A stretch of DNA of 63,994 bases, filler included, from Ionaspis alba (taxonomy: Eukaryota): assembly GCA_964255285.1 (NCBI GenBank). It is 6 parts of 6 records of this genome, joined end to end, with 100 filler letters (N's around TTAATTAATTAA, not from the genome) between each part and the next. Parts side by side here need not be neighbours in the genome. Positions count along the whole stretch, not along the records: positions 1 to 10,874 come from CAXUUL010000581.1; positions 10,975 to 21,815 come from CAXUUL010000583.1; 4 more parts are not named here. One strand, written 5' to 3'. The notes below the pieces were generated by a model. It searched no databases. It had not been told where the DNA came from and saw only the letters and a list, made by a program, of their open reading frames with translations. The translations under genes were made by a program, and so were the position numbers. Positions 1-11,610 of this stretch are shown here, piece after piece; position 1 is the stretch's first letter; each line of letters starts with the position of its first letter.

Positions 1-86
1 GGCATGGTTTCAAGCACGAGCTGACCCGCTCCCTTCTCATGATCCGTAATTACATGAATGCAGCACTGCATATTTCCTCTCCTGTT

Positions 87-1622
87 ATGTCTCCAGTCTC
101 AAAAAGTCCTGCTCTGTCTTTGGAAATAGTCGCCAAATGTTCCGTGAGTTATCGACCCAACTGAGACAAGGCTTCCTATCCTACGCCACAATGTCTGATC
201 GTTCTCCTAGACAACTAAAGCTCGTGCCTCTGTCTTGACTCTACCACATGGCTCGGTCAATTTGCCAATGTTCATGCCCGTTGCCACTCAAGCCTCTCTC
301 AAGGGTCTTACACCGAAACAGCTCGCACAGTTGGGCTGCAAACTCTGCTTGAACAATACGTATCATCTGGGCTTGAAGCCTGGGCAGGGTACTTTGAACA
401 GTGTTGGAGGAGCGCATATCCTGCAATCATGGGACAAGAACATACTGACGGATAGTGGAGGGTCGTAACCTTTCAAACATATTTTGATATTGACTCGCTG
501 ACTAACAAGCACAGATTCCAGATGGTCAGTCTGCTCAAGCTGGCTAATGTCACAGAAGATGGAGTACGGTTCTTGAGCCCGCACGATGGATCGCCAATGT
601 TTGTTTAACCCGGAATGCTTGGTCAGATCTAATAGTAAGACAGGTTGCTCACTCCTGAGCATTCCATATCACTTCAAAATTCTATTGGCTCAGATATAAT
701 AATGCAACTTGACGATGTCATCGTCACTACGTCCCCAGATGCTGTAAGGATGAAGGAGGCCATGGAGAGGTCTGTGAGATGGCTAGATCGATGCATTGCT
801 GCCCACGAGAAACCAGAGACACAGAACCTTTTCTGCATCATCCAAGGCGGACTTGATCTGAAATTGAGAGAAATCTGCTGTAAAGAGATGGTCAAGAGAG
901 ATACGCCTGGTATTGCAATCGGAGGACTATCAGGAGGCGAAGCGAAAGACGCTTTCTGTAAAGTGTAGGTACAAAGTTCCTTATTTTTTTCCGTTGCTGA
1001 CGTTTTCAGAGTCGATGCTTGCACTAACTGGCTGCCTGATCATAAGCCGCGTTATGTGATGGGAGTCGGCTTCCCCGAAGATCTTGTCGTATGTGTGGCT
1101 TTGGGAGCCGACATGTTTGATTGTGTATGGCCGACAAGGACTGCTGTGAGATTATCACATTCATCGATTGATTTGGAATGAGGCTGATAGCTCCAGCGTT
1201 TTGGCAATGCAATCACGTCTACTGGGACATTGAATCTTCGCAATGCGCAATATAGAGACGACTTTACACCTATTGAGCCTGGTTGCGCCTGTCCCTGCTG
1301 CACGTCTGTTGAGCAAGGAGGTTTGGGGATAACGAAGGCATACATCTCCCATGTTGCGAACAAAGAAACTGCGGGCGCTCACCTGTGAGCTGTTCTCGTC
1401 TCACAGTTTACGGCTGCTAATGTATTTAGGCTCACAATGCACAACGTCTACTACCTCCTTGCATTGATGGGCCGAGTCCAATCGGCCATCATTGGAGATC
1501 GGTATCCACAATTTCTACGTGAGTACTTCGATCAACTATACGGTGGAGACAACTCGAAGATACCCAAGTGGGCAATCACGGCTTTACGAGGTGTCGGAGT
1601 GGATCTGCTGCGGAAGACTTAG
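87..1622 (+). CDS. QTRT1: Queuine tRNA-ribosyltransferase catalytic subunit (multi-exon; in-frame ATGs at 39 and 54 are alternative starts)
   Basis: Spliced exons give [54 protein letters not shown], the Zn motif CACPCC and HNVYY. GT-AG introns include 144-210 and 462-514. Confidence 0.95.
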
Positions 1623-1834
1623 TTGATAGAAGGCTTGCATGGGCCTTGTGCCGACTACGAGGGCATGCTCTTAGCACAAAGAAGAAGAAAACAGAGCCGC
1701 TTGGAAGCGATCTTGCCAAGCTAACCTTTCATTCTATTTGCAGCCATGTGGACGTGTAGCAATCATGTGTGGATCGCAAGGGCCCCAATTCACCAGAACA
1801 TCCCAAGAGATCTATGGAGTATCCCAACAAATAA

Positions 1835-2643
1835 TCATTGTTCCCAAGGTCGTACCGTCTCTCCTTCCACATACTTACCACCAGCAGGTCTCCACATCTG
1901 CCACAACGTCATAGGCGGCTTCAAAATCTCCTCAACCTTTCTCCATTCATCGTCTGGTTTCTCCGATTCTGGGGCAATCACGTTCTCGTTCACCACCACG
2001 AAGCCATGTTTTTTGTATAGAGGGACTCCGTACACGGTGGCATCAAGCCACATCTCCACTGCCATCTCTTCTGCTTTCTTGATCCCCCACTCCAAGATCA
2101 TGTCGCCAGCGCCCATTCGCCTGTAATCAGGATGTGTGAAGATGATGTTCAGGACTGCAGTGTTGTTGAGTCACATGTACCAACCCCCGAGACAAATTGG
2201 AAATCAACAACATCAGGAGACGGAGGGGACCCACAAACTTGCGGCCGCTGCGCCATCCTCGCCCTCGGAGCCTCGAATATCGCCAAAGCCTTCGTCGCAT
2301 AATCCCTCTGCCCTCCTTCCGGGTACCAATACGCTTCCGCATGCTCATCAGGATGCTCGAAAGGGTTTGTCTCATTGATCTTCCACAACGCCCCTGCAAC
2401 AATCTTCCCACTATCCACATCGACCACTTTTTGCCAATAGCTACCGGGTTCAGTCTTATGCCAGTCCAGTTGACGCGCTGTCGCTTCCTTCACGGATTCG
2501 CTACGTGCATCAGGGCCGGTGCCCAAAACGGGGCAGAAGAGTCGGAAGAAGGGTTGCAGTGGGTTCTCGTAGGAGTCCCATTCGCAGGCGATGAGCTCCG
2601 CAAAATCGGTCTCGTAGTTGACGTCTTCGAGCTTAAAAGGCAT
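1835..2643 (-). CDS. GNAT-family N-acetyltransferase (2 exons)
   Basis: Spliced product contains LNIIFTHPDYRRMGAG (acetyl-CoA motif A) and LDATVYGVPLYKKHGF (motif B). Confidence 0.9.
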
Positions 2644-2928
2644 GGTGAGGAAGTGCTTGATGGAGCTCGTAAGCAAGAATTATGGTGCAGATGTGTCATT
2701 GTGGGCCCTTAGCCGTTCGGACATAAGCGGCCTTAGAGCTGCTGCCTCAGTGTTTGGCTTTCATTCTAACCACATTATATGCACGAACACTTGTGGTATA
2801 TGCTATGCACATGTGTTTCTCTTCGCAGCATCGAAACGTGTCGAAGTGGTTTCCCGTACTTTTGCAGGGTTTCCTGTGACACGAGTTCTGGTGTTCCTGA
2901 CAGGGACAACATTGTCATCCGGTGCAAT

Positions 2929-2968
2929 CCCCGCACTATTACCCCACAATCTCAATAGTTTACCCCAC
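2929..2968. promoter_or_regulatory. Cluster of three SYGGRG (CreA/Mig1-type) sites in the divergent GNAT/esterase intergenic region
   Basis: CCCCGC at 2929, CCCCAC at 2942 and CCCCAC at 2963 are reverse complements of GCGGGG/GTGGGG. Confidence 0.4.
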
Positions 2969-3351
2969 GGTCTCAAGCAGCATTCATGCCCAGCCAATTC
3001 CTCAGAGATTAGATAATCGGCTTTGCTTGCCCTAATGCTGGCATGTTACTACACGATCCGCTTCATCCGTGCCATGAAAAGCTACACCGCATGTACCTCC
3101 CAGCCATAGGATGACGCTACGTATCTTGGCTAGAAGCTTCTTGTAGAGGTATTGATGTTCCTCGCGGTAATCAATTCACCTTTCGGACATGCTAAAATGA
3201 GGAGAATCCTGGTCTCCGGCCATAGCTACCCCAATGATGATGTACTTCTCCGCACTCCCGAAGCATTTTCTGCCTTGCCAATACATTGATAAGATGGAGG
3301 ACCCTGCTGTTGTGGTCGTTGTGCCAATCGTTCGTATTATCACTTTGCACG

Positions 3352-4570
3352 ATGCTGTCAATCTTGCTAGTAGTTCTTTGCATCTGCGCTGCTGCGCAAG
3401 CCGCTGCCATCCAGAAGCGGACCAACCCCGGTGATGCATGGTTCCTCGAAAGATTCTCGAGCTTGGTGACCTTTGGCGACAGCTATACGGATGAGAACCG
3501 ACTCAATTACTTCATCGGCAGTAAAGGCGCTGCCCCGCCGCCTGGCACCTTCTTACCCGAGGTGAGAGACTTTCCCAATCATGACCGAGAAGTAGATACT
3601 GATGGTTGCCAATAGAGCTTCAACGCACCTAGTGGAGGCCGAACATGGCCAAGATACGTCGTCCAGTACACCGGCCATCAACAAGGCAACAAGTTTGTTC
3701 CACAACTGGAACTGTATGACTATGCTGTCAGTGGAGCTGTATGCTCCAACAAGTTGACTCCACGATTCGTTCCCATGATTAATGGCAATTTTCCGTCCGT
3801 GAGGGAATATGAGATCCCAGCGTTCTTGGCCGATATGAAAACAGTCAGGAACGGGACCAAGACCCCATATTTCTCCCCAGCTCTTTCTTCGAGCAATACT
3901 GCTTATGTCATGTGGATTGGTACGAACGATCTTGGTCAGGGTGCTCTTTTCACCGATAGTCAAGTTCCGGGCGTCACCATCACAGACTATACGGACTGTA
4001 TTTTCAAAGCTATCGACAGCTTGTATGCCGCAGGAGGTCGATATTTCGTGATGCATAACGTGATACCATTGGAATTGGTAGCTCTGTACGCAAACGAAAC
4101 GTTTGGTGGCAGCGGACCCAACCATTTCTGGCCAACGAAGCCTGCAAATCAAACAGCGATTGCCATCAAGATGAAAGAGTACTCCACCAGTGTCAACAAT
4201 ATTATGAAATACCAGATTCCTTATGAGGCAGGTCTGACAAATCGTTATCCGGGTGCCAACTTTGCGCTCTTCGACGTCCACCAGTTGGTCAGTATCCGAT
4301 TTTGTCGGTGTGTGGAATACGACTGACGTGTCTCAGTTCCTGGACATCTATAACAACCCGAAGAAGTACCTAAATGGTACAGCACCTGCCAATGTGACCG
4401 GATTCGAGAATCATTGTGATATGATGGGAATGAATTGTGTTCGACCGCAATCGCCAGATTCATTCCTTTGGTACGATGAGTTGCATCCGTCTGAGCAAGC
4501 GGATAGGATCATTGCAAGGAATTTTGTCGATGTCTTGAAAGGGAGGTCGAAGTATGCAAGCTATTATTAG
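3352..4570 (+). CDS. Secreted SGNH/GDSL hydrolase, carbohydrate esterase family 16-like acetylesterase (3 exons)
   Basis: Signal peptide MLSILLVVLCICAAAQA followed by a KR site. Motifs FGDSYTD, YAVSGA, WIGTND and WYDELHPS. Confidence 0.9.
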
Positions 4571-4676
4571 TCGATCNNNNNNNNNNNNNNNNNNNNNNNN
4601 NNNNNNNNNNNNNNNNNNNNNNNNNNNNNNNNNNNNNNNNNNNNNNNNNNNNNNNNNNNNNNNNNNNNNNNNNNNN

Positions 4677-5435
4677 CCAACTGGAAAATGCTCCACCACT
4701 TTACTCTCCCGTTCGTACTCTCCGCCGTATTCCGATGCGTCCGTTCCCTAACCACGATATATGATTGCTCGTCCTTGACCTGTGCCAGTAGCTCACTCAA
4801 TTGCCTCACTGTGATCCCCAATGCGTCAGCTCCCATCTCTGCTCGAGGAAAGGTAGACAAGACCTTACCTTCTGCTTCCAAAGGATCACTCGGCGCCTCG
4901 GCCTCCGGCACGTACACGATACCATGAACGTTGAATGACACTTCCTTGCTCGATGCCGACCAATGTTCATTACTGAAGCAATATGTATATTTCCCATCCA
5001 TGCGCGCATCGAAGCTGTGATCGCCGGAGGAAACGGCGCGATTGTGGGTCTGGTAGCCACCGGAGGGATCTTGGATCTATAATTTGATTCACCTTAGCAC
5101 ATCTCTCAATGTAGGCCTGATGTTGGGGAGCTTAGTTTATAGGCAGGTACTGGGGTTGGGCCGCGGAAAAGGGATGGGGCATTGCAGCTGGTGAATTGGT
5201 GGAGCGGGCAAGCAGCAAGGCAACAGGCAATGCGTACCCAGAAATCGATATCCAAGTTTCCACTGCCGCCAAACTCGCGGTCTCCGACTTGGAAGGTGAC
5301 GGTCATTTTGTCATCTTTGTGGAGTTGTTCGTGGAAGCATTCGCGGGAGTGGGCGCCAAGGTTGATGTTGTGAGAAAGGGCGGGGACGATGAGTGAAACC
5401 AGGATAGCGCACGCGGAGATTGAATACAGTAACAT
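4677..5435 (-). CDS. EMP24: p24/GOLD family cargo receptor EMP24 (3' end lies in an N gap)
   Basis: Signal peptide, RECFHEQL, GKYTYCFSNE, EQSYIVVRERTHRNTAESTNGRVKWWS. Introns at about 5077-5237 and at 4809-4868. Confidence 0.93.
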
Positions 5436-6025
5436 GTTGGATATGGTTGAGAAGAGCAACAGACTGATTGAGATCGATGGGCGTTGCGATGTGGAATTTC
5501 TGACAGCTGGTAGCGTAGGGTTCGCGTTTCTCCTTTCGAGACCCGGCGGTGCACGGGCCATTGGGAGGGTTTGGGACGACAACATTGGATTTTAGTTCAT
5601 CTGTAGAGTATGAAAAATAGGCTGTTGTTTAAAAGAAGGCTTAATGCTTTGAGACAATACTACTGTTAGTCTAAGGTCACGCAACCCCAGTTCTCTGCAA
5701 TAAACATTAAGTCAGATCTATCTGGGATGAAGTTACACGTGCTTGCCTGTAATATCGTGGTTATTGAGGTTCAATTACTTCATTGATATCTTCGTCGAGT
5801 CTAATCTCGTGGTGAGCCAGGCTTGGATTGTTTCTTAGCTAAGGATTCTCATGCTAGAATCATAGTGAATGATATTCAGGACCCCTCCAAACCCCTGCCA
5901 TTTCATTCATTCCATTTCCGATTTTCCTTCAACACATGTTCAATACCTGAAGCACTCTCCGTATATCTTCAAGCTTTCGGTTCTTTTCCTCGACCACTTC
6001 AGATTCATCCCTCAGAATTCTCAAA

Positions 6026-7212
6026 ATGGTCTCATTCGTTGACAAGAACAAGCGTAAAGTGAGCGTTGGCCTCTTCGAGGTGTTCGCTGGTGGTGGTCGT
6101 ACCATCCGGCGAAGACGCGCATCGACCCGAACTGCCGTGAGTCAAGACCGTGTGCTTGGACTATCACCGCATCTTCAGATAGAAGAGAAGCAAGAACAAA
6201 ACGAACGCCAGAAAAAGCACGAACGACATGAGCTACAAGCAGTACAACAAATCCTACATCACCAATACTCGTACCGTACGCCGCGAGATGTCTCGCTGAC
6301 ACTTGGCCTAGGACCGACCAGCAGCACCAGCACCTGCACCAGCAGCTGTAGCTCCTCCAGCAGCTGAATCAGGACCCACAGAATCCAGACCTGCTGGTGC
6401 TGCTCCAGCCGCNNNNNNNNNNNNNNNNNNNNNNNNNNNNNNNNNNNNNNNNNNNNNNNNNNNNNNNNNNNNNNNNNNNNNNNNNNNNNNNNNNNNNNNN
6501 NNNNNNNNNNNNCAGCAGCTGAATCAGGACCCACAGAATCCAGACCTGCTGGTGCTGCTCCAGCCGCAACCGAGACTCCAGCTCCAGCTCAACCTCCAGC
6601 CCCAGCACCTGCTCCAGCACCTGCACCAGTGCCAGCACCAGTGCCAGTGCCAGCGCCAGATCCTGCTGCTACTTTGCCAGGCTGGACAAAGGAAGAGGAC
6701 GAAAAGCTCATGAGGCTCAAGAAAGAGAACAAGTCTTGGAAGGAAATTGGGACAGCATTCGAAGACAAGTTTGCCCACAAGGATATCAAGGAGCGGTTCA
6801 AAGAGCTCAGCAAGGACCACAAGGACGAGAAGAAAGACGAGAAGAAGGATGAAGCCCCGAAGCCTAACGATCCCCAAGGCGAGAAGCCAGCAGAGACTTC
6901 GCCTAACCAGGAGCCAGAATCGAAGAATTCGGCACCTGCTGGGGGCGTGAAAGACTTACCTAAGATCACGTTCGAGGATGGAGAGGAATTGAATACCGCT
7001 CAGGTATGTGTGCGGGGTTCGCTTCAGACCCGGTGGGTTGGTAGAATCTGATGTCTTGTAACCAGATGGTGAATCTCTACCGTCTGCATGAGCATTTCGA
7101 GGAGAGGAAATGGGTCAATGTCGCTTCTAAGGTTTTTGACAAGTCGGGCAGACGTATTGATCCATTGCAATTGAGGGACAAGCTTGGTGATGGCAAGTGG
7201 GCTGATAGGTAG
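6026..7212 (+). CDS. Pro/Ala-rich protein with Myb/SANT-like repeats (5' exon structure uncertain; spans an N gap)
   Basis: PAPAP low-complexity tract, then WTKEEDEKLMRLKKENKSWKEIG and a second Myb-like segment KWVNVASKVFDKSGRRI in the last exon. Confidence 0.65.
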
Positions 7213-9662
7213 CTACAGCCGTCAAATTGGCTTTCGAGGGAACACACGATAAACTTGGGTATAGGATGATGGACTGTATGATATGGGACAGTAAGTTGGC
7301 CTCTTGGACTTGGCGATATGTCTGTTGACCTCGGCAAGTCTTGGGTTTTGCATATGTGTATTTAATACTCTTGCGAGCTATATTCAATCAAGCTGTGCCA
7401 TCTGTTTCTTCGTATCGGGACCTCATGAGAAAAGTCGTCTTCTCGTCGTACGTATCATATCACGAGCAAAAGACTGACTTGCAGAGCAACGTCGAGACCC
7501 ATGGCAAGGAAAGCAAGGGCAGTGGTTGGCAAATCAAGGATTCTGAGCACACGACGGACCAATTGCCGATACTCTCGGCCAGCTGGAGCTTCGAACACTC
7601 CAACTATAACTGCCCAAGCTTTTCTACTTGCAGGCAACACAGACCCCTGCGACGTGGCGGTAATACTCATGAACACTTCGAGGCTTTCAACGAAGATGCG
7701 TTGGGCTTGACTAGTCTTTCTTGACCGCCCTTTGGGATGAAGACTGGTTGGACTAGTCCGGGACTGCTTCTCGTCGGGGTGGCGATGGTCTTGTTACTTC
7801 CACGATGGGAACAAGATGGCATGGATGATGTATGATATGCAAGTCATGCTTCGAGGAGAGGAAGGGTTACCAGGTTTTCGGTCGTTCAATGCCCAATGGA
7901 ATTGAAAACGAATCGCGGTCTGTTGCCAAGCTGGCCCAATGACAGCTAACGGCGCAGAGTACATCTCAGCACGCTCATGCTCTCACCTCCCGGCAGCCAG
8001 TATTTCCCCTCCTCCACTTTGACTTCCCCATTCCTCCATCATCCCCATCCCAGATCAGGCTCAAGTCCAAGGACAACCATACCCAGAGAGTGACAGCTGG
8101 CAAGCCTTAGGCTCTACCTTAACAGCAACGATGACGCTGCCCGAGGACGATAGCCCTGCCTGTGGCGGTGGCTGCCATCGAGCTTCCTCTCACACAAGGC
8201 AGCCAAGCGAGAGATGGATCGACCTGACACGTACCATGTGCAGGCCCTTATGCAGGACCAGCTCAACCAACCGACGAACCAATTTGCAAAAATAAGCATT
8301 TCGCTGAGCTGGACGCAGCATTACGATCCAGGCCTCTTCAGTTGCATCGCAGCTCTCCCGCCCCAAAAAGCAGCCTCTCTGCTTTACCTTTTCTTTTTTT
8401 CCCTCCCCCTTCCTTGCTTGCAGCGGCCTTGAAAGCCTCCGCCGTTTTTTCCCTTAGTTCGCATCTGCTTATGTAGCTATCCGCCGCAGCACCGCAGGTT
8501 TTTTTTTGTGTGCCCTCAACTTTTCCCGCTTCCCTTCCTGCTATCCGAGCAGATTCGATTGTGCATCCAATCGAAAAGATTAATCCAATTGCTGGTCTTT
8601 GTGAGGGTTCGAGCGCTTCTTTGCTCGTGTTCCAATACGAGAGACACGGCGTACGGAATCATCCTGACGGTTTCGCGTTTCCAAACGCACTGACCACTTT
8701 CAAAAAATCTCACCCGTCGTTGGCAGCAATCCTATCCTCTGCCATTGAGCTCTGCAACAACACTTTTTCGAGCTCACAATATGATCGTTGCGGTCGCGAG
8801 CATCGTATAGCTTTTGTGTTGATAGGTTATGTCATGGATTTTCAACGTGCATACCCATTCTTGGCTTTCAACGGCTCAATTGATATGAGAACGTCCTAAT
8901 TTCTCGAACACAGGCTACAGCTGTTTGTCTCTGCCCAACCTATCGATAAGTATTGTGCTGACCATCTGTATGGTATATAGACATAGTGTAAACGACAGTT
9001 CAAGCTGCGATAGCTTTCCTCCCTGTACAATAGATATCCTCCGACCCTCCGCTCTTCCGATCCACCAGCCCTGATCTCACTTCTTTTCAACCACGTGCAC
9101 ACTGGTTCAAGATCACGACAGCTCAGTCTGCAGAAAGAAACTCAAGGTTGTGGATGATGATACGACTCCCGCCTGCAAAGAACTTTGTCACCGGTCGAGA
9201 AAGATTACAAAGTGGGGGTTGTCGCGATTTCCTAGCGAGACACAGACCATCGAGTGACAGCGAACGCTCTCTGGTCCATAACACAGTTTGTCCCGTGAAG
9301 GAGTTATCGGAATTGACTTTGGGAACCGTGGCGCACATCCGCTGAGATATTCTGGTAAAGCGCGCGGTAAAGTGGTGAGAAAAGCCCCGTCTGTCCTGCA
9401 ACCGTGTTTCAGCTTTCCGATAAAGCTTGCAAGTAACATGCACTATATAATTATCATCGCGTGGACATCTAATTGCCATAGTTGTTTCTTCTTTCATGTT
9501 TCTTCTGTCTCTTTGTTACATTTCTTTCTTGTGTCATACTTGGTGCCGGTCACCTCTAGTCATTTGCTTTCGCTTCACACAATCTTTTAGAGCAATTTTT
9601 CGAAGACACTAATCACCATGCTTCGAATAGAGGTCCTCGAAGAGTTCTTCTTCACAACCTTG

Positions 9663-10592
9663 ATGGCCTCTTCGGATGTCGATCAGAAATTTCTTGGGCA
9701 ATTTGCCAAGATCACTGAAAGAGATGATCTTATCCTCTCTTCCATGCTGTACAAAGTCCTTGGGCTCTCAGTGCTACTCTCAAAGAAGCTCATTCGGGCA
9801 CGCCGACTCCGAAGACTCGACACCACGCGGGACACCAAATCGTTGCAACTCTATCACCACATCATATGGCTTTCCCGCGAAGGGCTAGCCATCCTGGAGA
9901 AAGAGATCCTTCCCGAGGTTCGGCCTTATGTCGAGCTGAAAGTCCTCGCCTACAAGCTCCGAGCAAGCTTCTACCACATCTTCGTCCTCTTCCACAACCA
10001 ACCCAGCATCAACCAGACCGCCATCCCTAGCTACAACGTCCAATCTAGCAAAGGCAAAGCCGTTGACCGCGGTTCCCTCCGCTCCTCCCCAACCTTCGAG
10101 CCCGGCGCTGTCCGTAATCCCGGTCCCCTCCCACCGGGACTAACGCCCATTTCCATCCCCAAACCCTCCGCCAGCTTCCTCCTTCCCGCAATCGACTACA
10201 TCCCCAAAGCCTCCTCATGCTTCACCGAAGCCGCTGCCCTCGCAGACCAACTGCTCTCAGGCTCGCATCCCCTCCGCCTCTCGGTGAAAATGGAATATGC
10301 AGCTTACCTCTATGATTGTCTGCATGATGGCGAAGGGTCGAGGAAGTTGGCCCAGCAGAGCATTAGAGATGTCTATAATGCCCAGGAGGGAATGGATGAT
10401 GATATGTTTGAGGATGCGGCTGGCCTGGTCGGGATTTTAGGGAAGATGATGAAGAGAGGTCTGGCGGGCAGCGGGACTCCGGGGAGCACGCCGGGAAAGG
10501 GGAGTGGGACTCCGAGTACGCCGAGGCCGAGACCGGCGGAGCAAGGCGTTATGCCGGCGGTGCCGAGTCCCGGAATGGTGAATCCGATATAG
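9663..10592 (+). CDS. Divergent fungal 14-3-3-domain protein (single coding exon; alternative ATG at 9618)
   Basis: HPLRLSVKMEYAAYLYD corresponds to 14-3-3 helix 7 (HPIRLGLALNFSVFYYE). KLAQQSIRD and the acidic DDDMFEDA match helices 8 and 9. Confidence 0.8.
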   Translation: MASSDVDQKFLGQFAKITERDDLILSSMLYKVLGLSVLLSKKLIRARRLRRLDTTRDTKSLQLYHHIIWLSREGLAILEKEILPEVRPYVELKVLAYKLRASFYHIFVLFHNQPSINQTAIPSYNVQSSKGKAVDRGSLRSSPTFEPGAVRNPGPLPPGLTPISIPKPSASFLLPAIDYIPKASSCFTEAAALADQLLSGSHPLRLSVKMEYAAYLYDCLHDGEGSRKLAQQSIRDVYNAQEGMDDDMFEDAAGLVGILGKMMKRGLAGSGTPGSTPGKGSGTPSTPRPRPAEQGVMPAVPSPGMVNPI

Positions 10593-10874
10593 GACGCTGA
10601 GGCTGCAAAGGACGTGGATAACAATCTCGCCATTCCCTCAGTATATGAGTCGGAGGGAGGCTGATGACGAACTACGAATGATGGATAATGAGGATGTTTT
10701 GGCATACTGGAGTCGGTGAACTGTACGATGATGTACTAATTACATAGGTTGTGCTGCTTTGTGTTGTTGGATTCGTTGCGTATACCCTTCTTGCTGGCGG
10801 ATGGTTTTTATGATTCAATAGAGGTCGGCAAAATGGAGTGGCTGTTTGAATTTGATTTGGAAAAGCTTCAGGGG

Positions 10875-10974
10875 NNNNNNNNNNNNNNNNNNNNNNNNNN
10901 NNNNNNNNNNNNNNNNNNTTAATTAATTAANNNNNNNNNNNNNNNNNNNNNNNNNNNNNNNNNNNNNNNNNNNN
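10875..10974. other. Artificial contig linker N44-TTAATTAATTAA-N44 (stops in all six frames)
   Basis: The same 100-nt cassette recurs five times in the window. Confidence 0.98.
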
Positions 10975-11530
10975 GCTTGATCTTGGGTCTGGATTTGCAG
11001 TTCTTCTCCCGCTTTTAAATTCGTCAAATTTATACCGTCCCTTTTTGCAGGGCACATAGATCGATTTAATATCTTGTGGATTTTTCGAAGTCTTGGCGAA
11101 ATCTAGCTCGGTCTGTTTTTTCAACTCGGCATCGGTTTTCTATGTCTTGCAGTCAACATCGATGTCATCGATTTGAGCAAAAAAAGGAAGGGAAAGACAA
11201 AATATTTATCTCTCGTTCAGTCACAGCAGTGAATCCATGTAAGGCACGTTCCTCGAGTTGATCCATGTTTCTTGCCCCACCGCGATGTACCTTTAGCGAT
11301 CGCCGATACTTCTTTTCGACGGCGCTTGCAAACGGAGTATTCGCAAAATTCCGAATTTCCGGTTTTCGCATCTTGCATATCGAGATCCGCTATTTCTTGG
11401 TCGGTCATCGCTATGAGGCGTGCTGATGGAGCGGATCTTATAATACGATTGTCGAGATAATATAAACGATGTCGCGTCTCAAATTGTCTGACATCGTGGA
11501 GCCACTGAAATGGTTCAATAGGCTCTGCAT

Positions 11531-11610
11531 CGAGCTTTGAGGGAGGGATGCCGGGCCTTAAAGGAAAGGTGCCGAGCTTTAGAGGAACGGTACCCAGCTT
11601 TAAGGAGGTC
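11531..11610 (+). repeat. Degenerate 21-nt tandem repeat (about 4 copies) reading as heptads ALREGCR/ALKERCR/ALEERYP
   Basis: Units start at 11531, 11552, 11573 and 11594 (cgagctttga, cgggccttaa, cgagctttag, ccagctttaa). Confidence 0.7.

Noticed and set aside
6358..6567. Exact 55-nt direct repeat flanking the 100-N gap
   Set aside because: A length of exactly 55 nt on both sides of a gap is typical of a k=55 scaffolding overlap. A collapsed real repeat cannot be excluded.
7341..7825. Overlapping short ORFs and GACTAGTC palindromes
   Set aside because: No recognisable homology, and the short stems are compatible with chance.
9335..9380. CTGAGA resembling a TPP riboswitch core
   Set aside because: The downstream TPP consensus (CTTGAT...ATA...AGCG.A.GGA) is absent and the gene is not thiamine-related.
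10919..10930. Regularly spaced TTAATTAATTAA palindrome (about every 10.9 kb)
   Set aside because: Synthetic six-frame stop linker embedded in Ns.
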